Shown here: positions 21,390 to 30,963 of the stretch, piece after piece
Position numbering within the stretch: position 1 is the first letter of the stretch
Layout of the letters: the number at the start of each line of letters is the position of its first letter
IMG/VR virus record: IMGVR_UViG_3300042307_001315
DNA length: 64,000 nt
Source of the DNA: an uncultured virus (IMG/VR IMGVR_UViG_3300042307_001315)
Lineage: Duplodnaviria; Heunggongvirae; Uroviricota; Caudoviricetes
Direction: 5' to 3' (one strand)
Program-made: the position numbers and the translations under genes
The notes under the pieces: generated by a model
The model's database searches: none
What the model saw: the letters and a program-made list of their open reading frames with translations, nothing else
What the model was told of the DNA's origin: nothing

Positions 21390-23816
21390 TTATGAACCAC
21401 ATCCAAAACATTCAAATTCCGAATCTGTTGGTTTTACTGTAGGTTCAACAAGATTCACTTTTGGTTTTTCTTGTTTAATAGTTTGTTGATTCACTTTTGA
21501 AATATCAACCGCTAAGTGTTTTGCTCCGGTAGATATCGCTTTAGTTCTAACATAATAACAAAGAGTTTTCAATCCTTTACCCCATGAATGGAAATGAGAT
21601 GATGAAATTTTTGATAAAGTTGGTTCAGACATATAGATATTCATTGATTGTGATTGGTCAATAAACGGTGCTCTGTCAGCCGCCATATCAATAAGTTCTC
21701 TTTGAGAGATTTCCCAAATTGTTTTGTATTTAGGTATTAAGTGTTCAATTCTTTTAACTTTCTTGTTGTAATTTTTATCTTCAACATCAAGGTATTGATT
21801 GAAATTAATATTTTGAATAGACCCTTCGTTCATAATGATTTCATTTTTCAAATCTTCACTCCAAACCCCTAATTTTTCAAAATCAGTAATTAAATATTTG
21901 TTTACAATAAGAATTTCCCCACCAACTACACGACGATTAAATAAAGCCGAGTGAGCCGGTTCTGTCATTTCAAATGAACCTGTAATTTTAGCTGAAGATG
22001 CAACCGGCATCTGAGCCGTGAATAATGAATTACAAACACCATATTCCGCAACTTTATCTTTCAATCCCATCCAATCCCAACGACCTGATAAATTATCCTC
22101 ATTCATACCCCACATATCAAATTGGAATACTCCTTTAGACATTGGAGAACCTTTGAAAAATTTATATGGTTTGTATAAACCTTGTTGACATAAATAAGAA
22201 CTCTCAGTGATTGCAGCAAAATAGATTGTTTCAAAAATGTCTTTGTTAAGTTTCTTCGCCTCTTCAGATGTAAAAATGAAATCCATTAAATAGAATACGT
22301 CTGCTAACCCTTGAGTTCCAATTGCAATTGCTCTTTGTTCTAAACCACCTTTTCTACCTTGTTCAGTTGAATAACTATTAATGTCGACAACTTTATTAAG
22401 TGCTCTCACAACTTTTCTAACTTCATTGTAAAGTAAGTTAAAATCAAACTCACCTTTAATTATAAAGTTTTTCAACACCATAGAAGATAACGTACAGATT
22501 GCTGTTGTTTCCTCATCAGTATATTGGTAAATCTCATTACATAAGTTAGATTGTTTAATCACCCCAATGTTTTGATGATTTGTTTTTCTGTTAGCACTAT
22601 CCTTAGAACATAAGTAAGGAACTCCGGTTTCAACCTGAGATTCAATAATCTTATTCCAAATTGTTTGAGCTTTCACTTTTTTACCAAGACCAAGTTCAAC
22701 CGCTTTGTTGTAGTTTTCCTCATACTCATCACCATAAGTTTCCTGTAATGGTTTGATACCAGCCTTTTTAATCTCATTAGGACAAAACAAATACCAATCA
22801 CCATTATTCTTAACCGCATTCATAAAGTTATCCGGTAACCATATTGATGTAAACAAATCTCTTGCTCTCATCTCTTCAGCACCTGTGTTCTTTTTGATAT
22901 CAAGTAAATCAATAATGTCTTTATGCCAAGGTTCAATGTAGATAGCGGCACTACCAGGTCTTCTCCCTTGTTGGTTAAAGAAACGTAATGATTCATTTAC
23001 AATTTTAAGGTATTTTAATAAACCTCCCGCAAATCCACCTGATGAATTAATTCTACTTTCTTTACTACGAATGTTAGACATACATAAACCAATACCAGCA
23101 GCATCTGATGAATAGGTTGAGATATCATTTAATGTTTGTAATAACCCTTCTCTTGAATCACCGTGATTGTATTTCAATACACAAGATGCTAGTTGAGGTG
23201 TTTTAGTACCCGCATTAATCATAATTGGTGTTGCAGGTGAAATAAGTTGATTTGATAAAGAATTGTAATATTCAACCGCCTCTTCAAATGATTTAGTTAC
23301 CCATAGAGCAACTCTCATATACATATGTTGTGGTCTTTCAATTACCTTACCTTCAGGTGTTTTTAACAAATACATTTCTTGTAATGAACGCCAAGCAAAA
23401 TAATCAAAATTGTAATCATTCTCGTGATTAATTACAGAATCAATATTTTCAGGACCATATAATTCAATAGTTTCCATTAACTTATCATTAATGACTCCAT
23501 CAACGTGTAAGGTGTGCATTGTGTTACAAAAACTTGTATCAGTTTCTTTATGATAAGATGAAATAGCCACCGAAGACGCTAACCTTGAGTAGTCATGATG
23601 ACTTCCGGTATAGGACGCAGCAATTTCATAAACTAATTTGTCCAATTCTTTTGTTGTAATAAATCCTTCAGTTGGTACTGAAGTAATTACTTTAATAAAA
23701 ATCTCGTCTGAGTTAACATTTAACCCTTTAGACGCTCGTTTAACTCTATTGTAAATTTTTTGGGGGTTAAATGAAACCTCATCTCCCCCTCTTTTTTTAA
23801 TTTTTAATGACATCAT
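21390..23816 (-). CDS. nrdA: Class Ia ribonucleotide reductase, large subunit with ATP cone
   Basis: N-terminal KKRGG ATP cone, SPATP, QLASC, SNLCNEI, LKTLCYY and C-terminal CFGCGS. Confidence 0.97.
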   Translation of the reverse strand: MMSLKIKKRGGDEVSFNPQKIYNRVKRASKGLNVNSDEIFIKVITSVPTEGFITTKELDKLVYEIAASYTGSHHDYSRLASSVAISSYHKETDTSFCNTMHTLHVDGVINDKLMETIELYGPENIDSVINHENDYNFDYFAWRSLQEMYLLKTPEGKVIERPQHMYMRVALWVTKSFEEAVEYYNSLSNQLISPATPIMINAGTKTPQLASCVLKYNHGDSREGLLQTLNDISTYSSDAAGIGLCMSNIRSKESRINSSGGFAGGLLKYLKIVNESLRFFNQQGRRPGSAAIYIEPWHKDIIDLLDIKKNTGAEEMRARDLFTSIWLPDNFMNAVKNNGDWYLFCPNEIKKAGIKPLQETYGDEYEENYNKAVELGLGKKVKAQTIWNKIIESQVETGVPYLCSKDSANRKTNHQNIGVIKQSNLCNEIYQYTDEETTAICTLSSMVLKNFIIKGEFDFNLLYNEVRKVVRALNKVVDINSYSTEQGRKGGLEQRAIAIGTQGLADVFYLMDFIFTSEEAKKLNKDIFETIYFAAITESSYLCQQGLYKPYKFFKGSPMSKGVFQFDMWGMNEDNLSGRWDWMGLKDKVAEYGVCNSLFTAQMPVASSAKITGSFEMTEPAHSALFNRRVVGGEILIVNKYLITDFEKLGVWSEDLKNEIIMNEGSIQNINFNQYLDVEDKNYNKKVKRIEHLIPKYKTIWEISQRELIDMAADRAPFIDQSQSMNIYMSEPTLSKISSSHFHSWGKGLKTLCYYVRTKAISTGAKHLAVDISKVNQQTIKQEKPKVNLVEPTVKPTDSEFECFGCGS

Positions 23817-23826
23817 GTTTTTTTAA

Positions 23827-24777
23827 TTAGAAATCGTCAGTGAATGTTAGTGATTCACCTAATTTAGCCTTTTGGTATTCCATTGTTCTTGATTCAAAAA
23901 AGTTTCCTTTAGTCTCAACAGCAATTTGTTCCATAAATTTGAATGGTTGTTCAACGTTGAATTGTTTTTTACATCCAAATTTAACTAATAGACCATCCGT
24001 TACAAATTCTAAATATTGTTTCATCAAATTAGAATTCATACCAATTAAAGATACAGGTAAAGATTCTGTAATAAATTCTTTTTCAATCTCTAAAGCAGAT
24101 AATAAAATTTCTTTAATTCTTTTTTCACTTGGTTTATTCTCAACATGATTATTAATCAAATGAATAGCAAAATCACAATGTAAATTCTCATCTTTAAAGA
24201 TAAGTGAATTGGCATTACATAAACCTTGCATGATTCCTCTTGATTTTAACCAAAAGATTGAACAGAATGAACCTGAAAAGAAGATACCTTCAACAGCTGC
24301 GAAAGCAACTAATCTTTCTTGGAATGAAGCATTTTCAATCCAATCAAGAGCCCATTTAGCTTTCTTTTGAACTGCAGGTAATCTGTCAATTGCATGGAAA
24401 CATTCATCTTTTTCTGTCTCATCAGACACATAAGTGTCAATTAATAATGAATACATTAACGAGTGAATATTCTCCATCATAATTTGGAATCCGTAAAAGA
24501 ACTTTGCTTCAGCGTACTGAACCTCTTTTAAGAAATTCTCGGCTAAGTTCTCATTTACAATACCATCAGATGCGGCAAAAAACGCCAATATATTTTTAAG
24601 AAAGTATCTCTCATTATCAGATAGGTTTTCCCAATCTCTAATATCGTTAGATAAATCCACTTCTTCCGCAGTCCAAAACGCTGCTTGGTGTTGTTTATAA
24701 AATTCCCATATATCATTATGTTCAATAGGGAATATGACAAATCTGTCATTATTTGGTTCTAATATTTTTTCTTTCAT
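23827..24777 (-). CDS. nrdB: Class Ia ribonucleotide reductase, small subunit
   Basis: [46 protein letters not shown]-terminal FTDDF. Confidence 0.97.
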   Translation of the reverse strand: MKEKILEPNNDRFVIFPIEHNDIWEFYKQHQAAFWTAEEVDLSNDIRDWENLSDNERYFLKNILAFFAASDGIVNENLAENFLKEVQYAEAKFFYGFQIMMENIHSLMYSLLIDTYVSDETEKDECFHAIDRLPAVQKKAKWALDWIENASFQERLVAFAAVEGIFFSGSFCSIFWLKSRGIMQGLCNANSLIFKDENLHCDFAIHLINNHVENKPSEKRIKEILLSALEIEKEFITESLPVSLIGMNSNLMKQYLEFVTDGLLVKFGCKKQFNVEQPFKFMEQIAVETKGNFFESRTMEYQKAKLGESLTFTDDF

Positions 24778-24785
24778 GTTTTAAA

Positions 24786-26168
24786 TTAAATTTGTTGTTG
24801 ACTCTGTTCTCTTTGTTTTCTTTTTTCCAATAGTTCTTTAACCCTATCTCTTTTTCTATCTTCTTGTTGTTCTTCGAATCCTAAGAATGTTACTGAACTT
24901 TCAGTATCAATCTCAAGTAATTCATTATTGAATTTACAATTCTCAAAAACAACCCCATCTTGACCTAAACGACTTTTAGTAATCGCAATAGTTGCAAGAC
25001 CCATTTCTTTTTGTTGTAATGTTTTAGCCACAGAAATAATTACGTGACCAACCTGTGCCTTTTTAATTGACCCACCCATTTGGTCTGTAGTTACAACTTC
25101 AGATGAAATTGACGCTCTGTTACCTTGTGTTGCAGTCCACCCAACTAAATCAAGTTCGTGACACATTGCCTCAAAACCTCTCATTACAGACCCTTCAGCT
25201 TTCCACTCATCTTTACTACTTGATTCCGGTAATACACAATCAATATAATCCAATAAAACCATATCAATTTTAATTCCGTCAGCAATCATCTTTCTAACCT
25301 GATTCTTAATTTGACTCATAGTCATCGTGTCCGATGCTAACTTTTTCAAAACCAATCGATTTTGCATTGTCTCTTTAATCTCAGTAATTTTACTCATTAC
25401 CTCTTCTTTATTTTGAACCAAATTATCCGGTTCAATACCAGTCCACATTGTGAAATGTTTTCTTTGTATGATTTTTGGATTGTCTTCAAAAAATATTTGA
25501 AGTACGTTATAACCAAGGTTAAACGCTGTGTTTGAAATTTTAGATAAGATGGTTGTCTTACCAACACCCGTTGGTGCTAATATAACCCCAATCTCACCTT
25601 TAGCTAAACCACCTTTAAGTAGTTTATCAATACCTTTAATCCCCATTGGAATTGGATGACGATAATCCTCATCAAGTACGGTATCTAAGTTAGCGAAGAT
25701 ATCTGTTTGACCTTTATCTATTTCCCCAACCTGTAATGCATCTCTCACAAGTCCTTCAACCTTATCATAAGACTCGAAATCACCTTGAGTAATAATCTTT
25801 TGAGCTTTGTCCATCGCCTTTTGAAGTTCTTGTTGTTTACAAAACTTCAAAGCTTTCTCCTGAACGAAAGTGGTCCCTTCAAAAGGTGCCTCCTTTACTT
25901 GTGTTAATGTGTCCAAAACAATCTTGGCAACCATCTCTTGGGAGATTTCAGACTTAACTATCTGCTCAAGAGTATCGAAATTAGGAGTAGATTCATATTT
26001 CTTGTGATACTCTTTTGTCATTTGTAAAATGATTTTAAAGTACTTGTTGTCGAAATAGATTGGCTCAATAACATCCATAATTGAAGATGAAAAGTCCTTA
26101 TCTAATATAATCTGATTCAGTAATTGTAATTGAAATGTGTTCCCTAAATAATCGAAATTTTTGTTCAT
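24786..26168 (-). CDS. dnaB: Replicative SF4 helicase (DnaB / T4 gp41-like)
   Basis: Walker A APTGVGKTT, LLDYID, WTATQGNR, KSR arginine finger. Confidence 0.9.
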   Translation of the reverse strand: MNKNFDYLGNTFQLQLLNQIILDKDFSSSIMDVIEPIYFDNKYFKIILQMTKEYHKKYESTPNFDTLEQIVKSEISQEMVAKIVLDTLTQVKEAPFEGTTFVQEKALKFCKQQELQKAMDKAQKIITQGDFESYDKVEGLVRDALQVGEIDKGQTDIFANLDTVLDEDYRHPIPMGIKGIDKLLKGGLAKGEIGVILAPTGVGKTTILSKISNTAFNLGYNVLQIFFEDNPKIIQRKHFTMWTGIEPDNLVQNKEEVMSKITEIKETMQNRLVLKKLASDTMTMSQIKNQVRKMIADGIKIDMVLLDYIDCVLPESSSKDEWKAEGSVMRGFEAMCHELDLVGWTATQGNRASISSEVVTTDQMGGSIKKAQVGHVIISVAKTLQQKEMGLATIAITKSRLGQDGVVFENCKFNNELLEIDTESSVTFLGFEEQQEDRKRDRVKELLEKRKQREQSQQQI

Positions 26169-26205
26169 AAATTGTTTTAAAAGTTACCCTTGTATTATTA
26201 AATAC

Positions 26206-26658
26206 TTACTTACTTAAGTCAAGTTCCAAATAATTGTAACTTAATTTTTTATCTGAAAAAATGTCAGTCAATCCTCGAAGTGTTTCCTTCAAGAAAGGTC
26301 TTACATCGACAGTATAACGAACTTTTGGTGGATAAAATTTTCCGTCAAAAATTCTATGACAAATTGTCTGTTCTCCTAATTTGATGATAATGTTAAACAT
26401 TTCAGGTCCATCAGTGAACGATGTGTCCATAATACTTGGGTCATGAATAATAGAATCTTTATTGTCCATCATGTAGACTAAAGTTTTCATTTTCAAGTAT
26501 TCTTGAAGTTCTTCTTTGAACTCAGCAACGAATTCATATAGTTCAACCGAACTTTTTGCTTTTGGGTTAAACCCTCTTACGTTAAAGAATCTTTGGACTA
26601 CGATGTTATCGTTTAATGTCAATAAAAATTCCATCTTAGTACTTTCTTGCTCTCTCAT
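26206..26658 (-). CDS. Hypothetical protein in replication operon
   Basis: 150-aa ORF co-oriented between the exonuclease and helicase genes. Confidence 0.7.
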   Translation of the reverse strand: MREQESTKMEFLLTLNDNIVVQRFFNVRGFNPKAKSSVELYEFVAEFKEELQEYLKMKTLVYMMDNKDSIIHDPSIMDTSFTDGPEMFNIIIKLGEQTICHRIFDGKFYPPKVRYTVDVRPFLKETLRGLTDIFSDKKLSYNYLELDLSK

Positions 26659-26662
26659 AAAT

Positions 26663-27664
26663 TTAATTTTTGTTTGTGTTTCGTTTTTCTTTTCTTGTTA
26701 ATTTCATGAATGGTCTTAGGAAGTTTACCCAAGCTTCATCGTTTTTTGGAAGATATTTGAAGAGACCATCTTCCATCATAAGTCTCATTAAATTTTTATA
26801 TCCCCTATCTGTCGGGTCAATAGTGTCTGTGATAATTTGGTCAACTAATTCTTTTCCATCGTCTGTTATTAAAGGGTTAGATAAATTAACTATTTTTTCG
26901 TTTGTAGTATAAAACTCTTCACCAATTATACCATTTTTTGTTTTACCAGTCAAAATATTTTCCAATACTTTTGATTTCTTTTCTTGCATGAGAATCCCCG
27001 CATTAACTCTTATTTCGTTAATAGTGCATGGTTTAACCAGCATATCCGGGAATAATTTAACCAAAGTTTTTTCACCTAAACCTTCAATTCCACTAATATT
27101 ATCTGAACTATCTCCGGTAAGAATCTTACAAAGTAATACATTATAATGTGGTATCTGAACTTTATTTATGGTAATCATATCACCCTGTTTAAAGTATTGT
27201 TTTGCGTTTGGCGAGTAAATGGTTACCTTATCCGAAATAAGCTGTGTAAGGTCCTTATCTGACGAAAAAATGGTAATATCTTCGTTAGTTGCCTTTTGAC
27301 AATAATAAGCAATCAAGTCATCCGCCTCGTTGTAAACCATCTCAACTTGTCTAACAAAGACTTCCTCAAGATATTCTTTAATACGAGCGTTTTGTTGTAG
27401 ATATGATTCGTACTTAAACTCATTCATATCTTGTTTTCTATTTCCCTTATACTGTGGATAAAGTTCTTTCCGAGTGGATGAACTATGTTCGGCATCCCAA
27501 AACACAACTACCTTATCGTAGTTATGTTCCTCAAGGAATTTCCGAATTGTATTTATAAAGTGGTAAATAGCCCCTAAGTGACTTCCGTCATTGTATAGGT
27601 CTTTTACTCCGTGGAATCCAATTTTCATTAAGTTGGACCCGTCAATTAATAATGTCTTAATCAC
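26663..27664 (-). CDS. 5'-3' exonuclease / flap endonuclease (PolA N-terminal, T4 RNase H-like)
   Basis: LLIDGSN, YKGNR, EADD, SSDKDLTQL, GDSSDNISGIEGLGEKT; GTG start. Confidence 0.92.
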   Translation of the reverse strand: MIKTLLIDGSNLMKIGFHGVKDLYNDGSHLGAIYHFINTIRKFLEEHNYDKVVVFWDAEHSSSTRKELYPQYKGNRKQDMNEFKYESYLQQNARIKEYLEEVFVRQVEMVYNEADDLIAYYCQKATNEDITIFSSDKDLTQLISDKVTIYSPNAKQYFKQGDMITINKVQIPHYNVLLCKILTGDSSDNISGIEGLGEKTLVKLFPDMLVKPCTINEIRVNAGILMQEKKSKVLENILTGKTKNGIIGEEFYTTNEKIVNLSNPLITDDGKELVDQIITDTIDPTDRGYKNLMRLMMEDGLFKYLPKNDEAWVNFLRPFMKLTRKEKRNTNKN

Positions 27665-27688
27665 AATGGTGATTTAATGGTGAATAAA

Positions 27689-28690
27689 CTAAGCTTCTTT
27701 TTCTTCTTTTAGGTCAAAATCACCATCAGTTCCGATGATGTCTTTCCAATATTCTGCGTATTCTTTTTTATATTTTTCAATATTAATTTTTTCTTCCGCA
27801 GTATCTTTTCCCGCAATGAATCCGTGTGGTGTAACAATAATTTTTCCATCATCATAACCTAATCCATTGATGTGATTTTTCATAACCGACACTTTTGTTC
27901 TTGAAGCAAACTTGATAGTTCTTTTGTCTTTAGTTGCAGTAATCTTTGTAGTTCCCGCCCCTTTTTGATTTCCAAATAAATAAACTAATGATGAGTTTAA
28001 CCAAATCGCCTCACCACCTTTAGCTTTAATCTTTGGTTGTCCAAAAGGATTATCCGGTAATTCAACCCAAGGTTGATTAACAATGATTAAAGTGTTTTCA
28101 TATTTTGAATCAGATTTACGAGAACCCGAGATTCTTTGATTGATACCCATACCAATCTTATCAGCTAATGTAGATGCATTGTGTTGTTTACCACCTTTAC
28201 CTTCATAAGTCATTTTACAAGGTACAGAACCTACTGAATCCCACATAAAACATAAACTATAATCTAAGTTTCCTTTTTCTTGTTCGTCAAGTAAGTTATT
28301 GATATAGTCAGTAATTTGTTCAATGTAGTCAAAGTTATTATTGAATATGTAAAATCCATCCCAATCCAATTCACCTGTTTCCTCATCAACCACTTCCTCA
28401 CAATCAAATCCCATTAATTTAGCGTGTTCAAATGACCATTTCTGTTCTGTAATAATAAACACAGGAAGAATACCTTTCTTTTGAGCATCTACCGCAGTTT
28501 TTACAAGAGCCGTTGTTTTACCTGTATCAGAGTGACCCAAGAACATATTAATATGTCCAATAGCTGGTCCCGGTAATCCAACCGCATCCAAGAAATCCGG
28601 ACCTAAGTCAAAAAATCTTTGTGGTTTGTATTTTGCCGATACCGAGAATTTATCTTTAATTGATTTGAAATCGTTTTTCTTAATCGCCAT
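27689..28690 (-). CDS. recA: RecA/UvsX-like recombinase
   Basis: Walker A GHSDTGKTT, WDSVGS, IIVNQ, KGGEA, VMKNH. Confidence 0.85.
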   Translation of the reverse strand: MAIKKNDFKSIKDKFSVSAKYKPQRFFDLGPDFLDAVGLPGPAIGHINMFLGHSDTGKTTALVKTAVDAQKKGILPVFIITEQKWSFEHAKLMGFDCEEVVDEETGELDWDGFYIFNNNFDYIEQITDYINNLLDEQEKGNLDYSLCFMWDSVGSVPCKMTYEGKGGKQHNASTLADKIGMGINQRISGSRKSDSKYENTLIIVNQPWVELPDNPFGQPKIKAKGGEAIWLNSSLVYLFGNQKGAGTTKITATKDKRTIKFASRTKVSVMKNHINGLGYDDGKIIVTPHGFIAGKDTAEEKINIEKYKKEYAEYWKDIIGTDGDFDLKEEKEA

Positions 28691-28976
28691 TTTCTATTTT
28701 TTTAATGTGTGGTAATTTGTTTGATTTATTCCTATTGTATTTTGAAGAATCCTCCTCATATAGTACATTAATTTCTTCTTCATGAAAAGTAATTAACCTA
28801 CTACTTATCACACCATCTTCATTAGTACCTTCATCCAACATTCCAAATAAAACACTATCACCAATTTGTTTACTTCTACCTGAGAAGTATGTTTTATCTT
28901 TTAGTTGACTTAGAATTTCATAAGATAACATTTTATTGTCTCTTAATTGTAAGTCAATTTCTTCTTTAAACGTCAT
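28680..28976 (-). CDS. Hypothetical protein
   Basis: 98-aa ORF overlapping the recA start. Confidence 0.6.
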   Translation of the reverse strand: MTFKEEIDLQLRDNKMLSYEILSQLKDKTYFSGRSKQIGDSVLFGMLDEGTNEDGVISSRLITFHEEEINVLYEEDSSKYNRNKSNKLPHIKKIENGD

Positions 28977-28989
28977 ATGATAATATTAT

Positions 28990-29030
28990 TAAAACTTGGA
29001 CACTTAGTTAGACAAGATGTCCAAGTTTAA
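28990..29030 (-). terminator. Hairpin after the SSB gene (terminator or processing stem)
   Basis: aaacttggaca (28992-29002) / tgtccaagttt (29018-29028), 15-nt loop, short T tract on the minus strand. Confidence 0.6.
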
Positions 29031-29040
29031 TTATTCTTTA

Positions 29041-29895
29041 TTAGAAAGGTAAATCTTCGTCTACCTCATCGTTCGCTTGAGGGTCAACCGGTGTTGAACT
29101 TTGAGATTTTCCACCACCAAATGATTCTGTATTTACTGAATCACTTTCGTAAAGGTATCCACCTTTTTCAGAATCCCATCTTGGAGTTTCTCCACGAGCA
29201 ATCGCTTCAAGGTATTCTACCGGTTTTTTAGAGTAAACGTCTAACCAAGTCAATTCGTCAGTAATCCACTCATTAGATTGAGCCGGGTCAGTATGTACAG
29301 GACCTTGGTCTTCATACATAATTGTAGATACGGTTGTATATTCTTTTCCTTTTGGAGTTTTCGCTTTAGTCAATTCAATGATTAAATCTCTACCGATTTG
29401 AGCGTCGGTAATATCTCCTTTATTTCTCCAAATTGGAATGATTTTATCTAAGATACCATCATTTTTGTAGTTGTGTTTGAATCTCCAAAATTTTGGTCCG
29501 TCTTCTTCTCTATCTCTATCGATAACTTTTACGATATAGAATTTACGAGAACGATACTGAGCAGCTAATTGTTTGTCTGATTCTTTTCCGGTTGAGATTA
29601 ACTCTTCGTAAACCTCGTTTAAAGGTGAACGTTCGTTATCGTTTTTCCCCGGGTCGTAGAATTTTTGCCATTGTCCACCAACTTGAATCTCATGATACCA
29701 AGCCTCTTTAAATGGTGAAGAACCATCACTCGTAGGTAAGATTCTAACTCTTCTTTGTCCAGATTGCTCCTTATCACCTAAGATAAGTGCAAAATATTTT
29801 TTCATTCTTTCGTCTTGCGACATTTTTCCTTGGGCCCCGCCCCCTGATTGTTTTGAATTTTCGTACTGTGCCAATACGGCGTCTAATGAACTCAT
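29041..29895 (-). CDS. Single-stranded DNA-binding protein (T4 gp32-like)
   Basis: RVRILP...PFKEAWYH, FYIVKVIDR, DITD..GRDL; acidic tail DEVDEDLPF; first gene of the replication operon. Confidence 0.8.
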   Translation of the reverse strand: MSSLDAVLAQYENSKQSGGGAQGKMSQDERMKKYFALILGDKEQSGQRRVRILPTSDGSSPFKEAWYHEIQVGGQWQKFYDPGKNDNERSPLNEVYEELISTGKESDKQLAAQYRSRKFYIVKVIDRDREEDGPKFWRFKHNYKNDGILDKIIPIWRNKGDITDAQIGRDLIIELTKAKTPKGKEYTTVSTIMYEDQGPVHTDPAQSNEWITDELTWLDVYSKKPVEYLEAIARGETPRWDSEKGGYLYESDSVNTESFGGGKSQSSTPVDPQANDEVDEDLPF

Positions 29896-29928
29896 GTGTT
29901 ATAAATTAAGATTAATTAAATTGTTCAA

Positions 29929-29960
29929 CAAATATAGGTAATAAAACTAGTGAAGTCAAA
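29929..29960 (-). promoter_or_regulatory. Bacteroidota-type housekeeping promoter for the replication operon
   Basis: Minus strand TTTG-N20-TATATTTG, an exact match to TTTG-N19-21-TAnnTTTG. Confidence 0.8.
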
Positions 29961-29961
29961 T

Positions 29962-29989
29962 AAAAAAAGGTGTCTGTTAAGACACCTTT
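29962..29989 (-). terminator. Intrinsic terminator ending the upstream structural transcript
   Basis: Minus strand reads AAAGGTGTCT-TAAC-AGACACCTTT followed by TTTT. Confidence 0.85.
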
Positions 29990-29999
29990 GAATTTTTTG

Positions 30000-30701
30000 T
30001 TATCGTTTGAATGATGTTTTGTAGTCATCTTCTTGAGAACCAGGTTGGAATGAATTTTTAATATCATTCACATTAATATCTTCAACTTCGTCTGAAGTTA
30101 AAACATAATCATTTTTTCCTGTTTTCTCCATCTCTTCTTGTTTGTCATCGAAGAATTGTGAAAGTTTTTGGTTGAATGGATATGAATCGTAACTTCTCAA
30201 CTCTAATTTTTCTTGAGGAGTTTTTTCACGATACTTCTCAATTTTATTTTCAAGTGAGTTTAATTTATTCATAACATTATCCATTTCTCCTAATTTAGCC
30301 TCTAAGTTAGACAATTGGTTAAACAAGTTTTCAAAATATTCTTCTTGTTTTGTTTCAATATTTTTTTGAGAATTAACTAAATCAGTTATTTCAAGTTCTT
30401 CAGATTCTTCACCTTCCGCACTTGTTTCTTCTGATTGTCCCTCATCGTCAATTTTTTCAACGTCAGGGTCATTGGCAACATCAATTGGTTGTGGTGCCCC
30501 TTCTCCCGGTGCTGGTGGTGGTACTGCTTCAGATGGTGCAGGTGCTGGTGGAACTTCTCCTCCCGGTGCCGGTGGTGGTGGAGTTAACGCCTCTAACCCA
30601 GCTGTTGGGTCTTCAGGAACTTCCGCCTCTTGTTCCATAATATACTTATTAATATTATGATATCTTGCTATTTCTTGTATTAATTTCTTGTCTAAACCCA
30701 T
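30000..30701 (-). CDS. Acidic Pro-rich / coiled-coil protein, possible head-internal or scaffold-like protein
   Basis: 233 aa; leader LIQE...YIMEQE, PPPPAPGGE linker, heptad segment LFNQLSNLEAKLGEMDNVMNKLNSLENKIE. Confidence 0.6.
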   Translation of the reverse strand: MGLDKKLIQEIARYHNINKYIMEQEAEVPEDPTAGLEALTPPPPAPGGEVPPAPAPSEAVPPPAPGEGAPQPIDVANDPDVEKIDDEGQSEETSAEGEESEELEITDLVNSQKNIETKQEEYFENLFNQLSNLEAKLGEMDNVMNKLNSLENKIEKYREKTPQEKLELRSYDSYPFNQKLSQFFDDKQEEMEKTGKNDYVLTSDEVEDINVNDIKNSFQPGSQEDDYKTSFKR

Positions 30702-30706
30702 TTTGA

Positions 30707-30931
30707 TTATCCGTTTAATAATTGTTTAATTCCTCCTGCAGTCTCAACTCTAACTTTTCTATTAATAGTTGTTTGGTGTCCGGATCTTTCAATAAGACCA
30801 TCTCTTTCTCTGATTGTGTAACAATCTCCTGTGTCTAAATCACAAACTTGTTGTGTTCCGTCACCGTTATCTGTTTGAGAAACTCTAGTCGATTTCCCAA
30901 GATAGTTGTCTAATGCTGATTTTATGTTCAT
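30707..30931 (-). CDS. Small hypothetical protein with CDLDTGDC motif
   Basis: 74-aa ORF with a TATTTAT motif 15 nt upstream. Confidence 0.65.
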   Translation of the reverse strand: MNIKSALDNYLGKSTRVSQTDNGDGTQQVCDLDTGDCYTIRERDGLIERSGHQTTINRKVRVETAGGIKQLLNG

Positions 30932-30963
30932 AAAATTGTTTTTATTATAAATATATCGTTATG

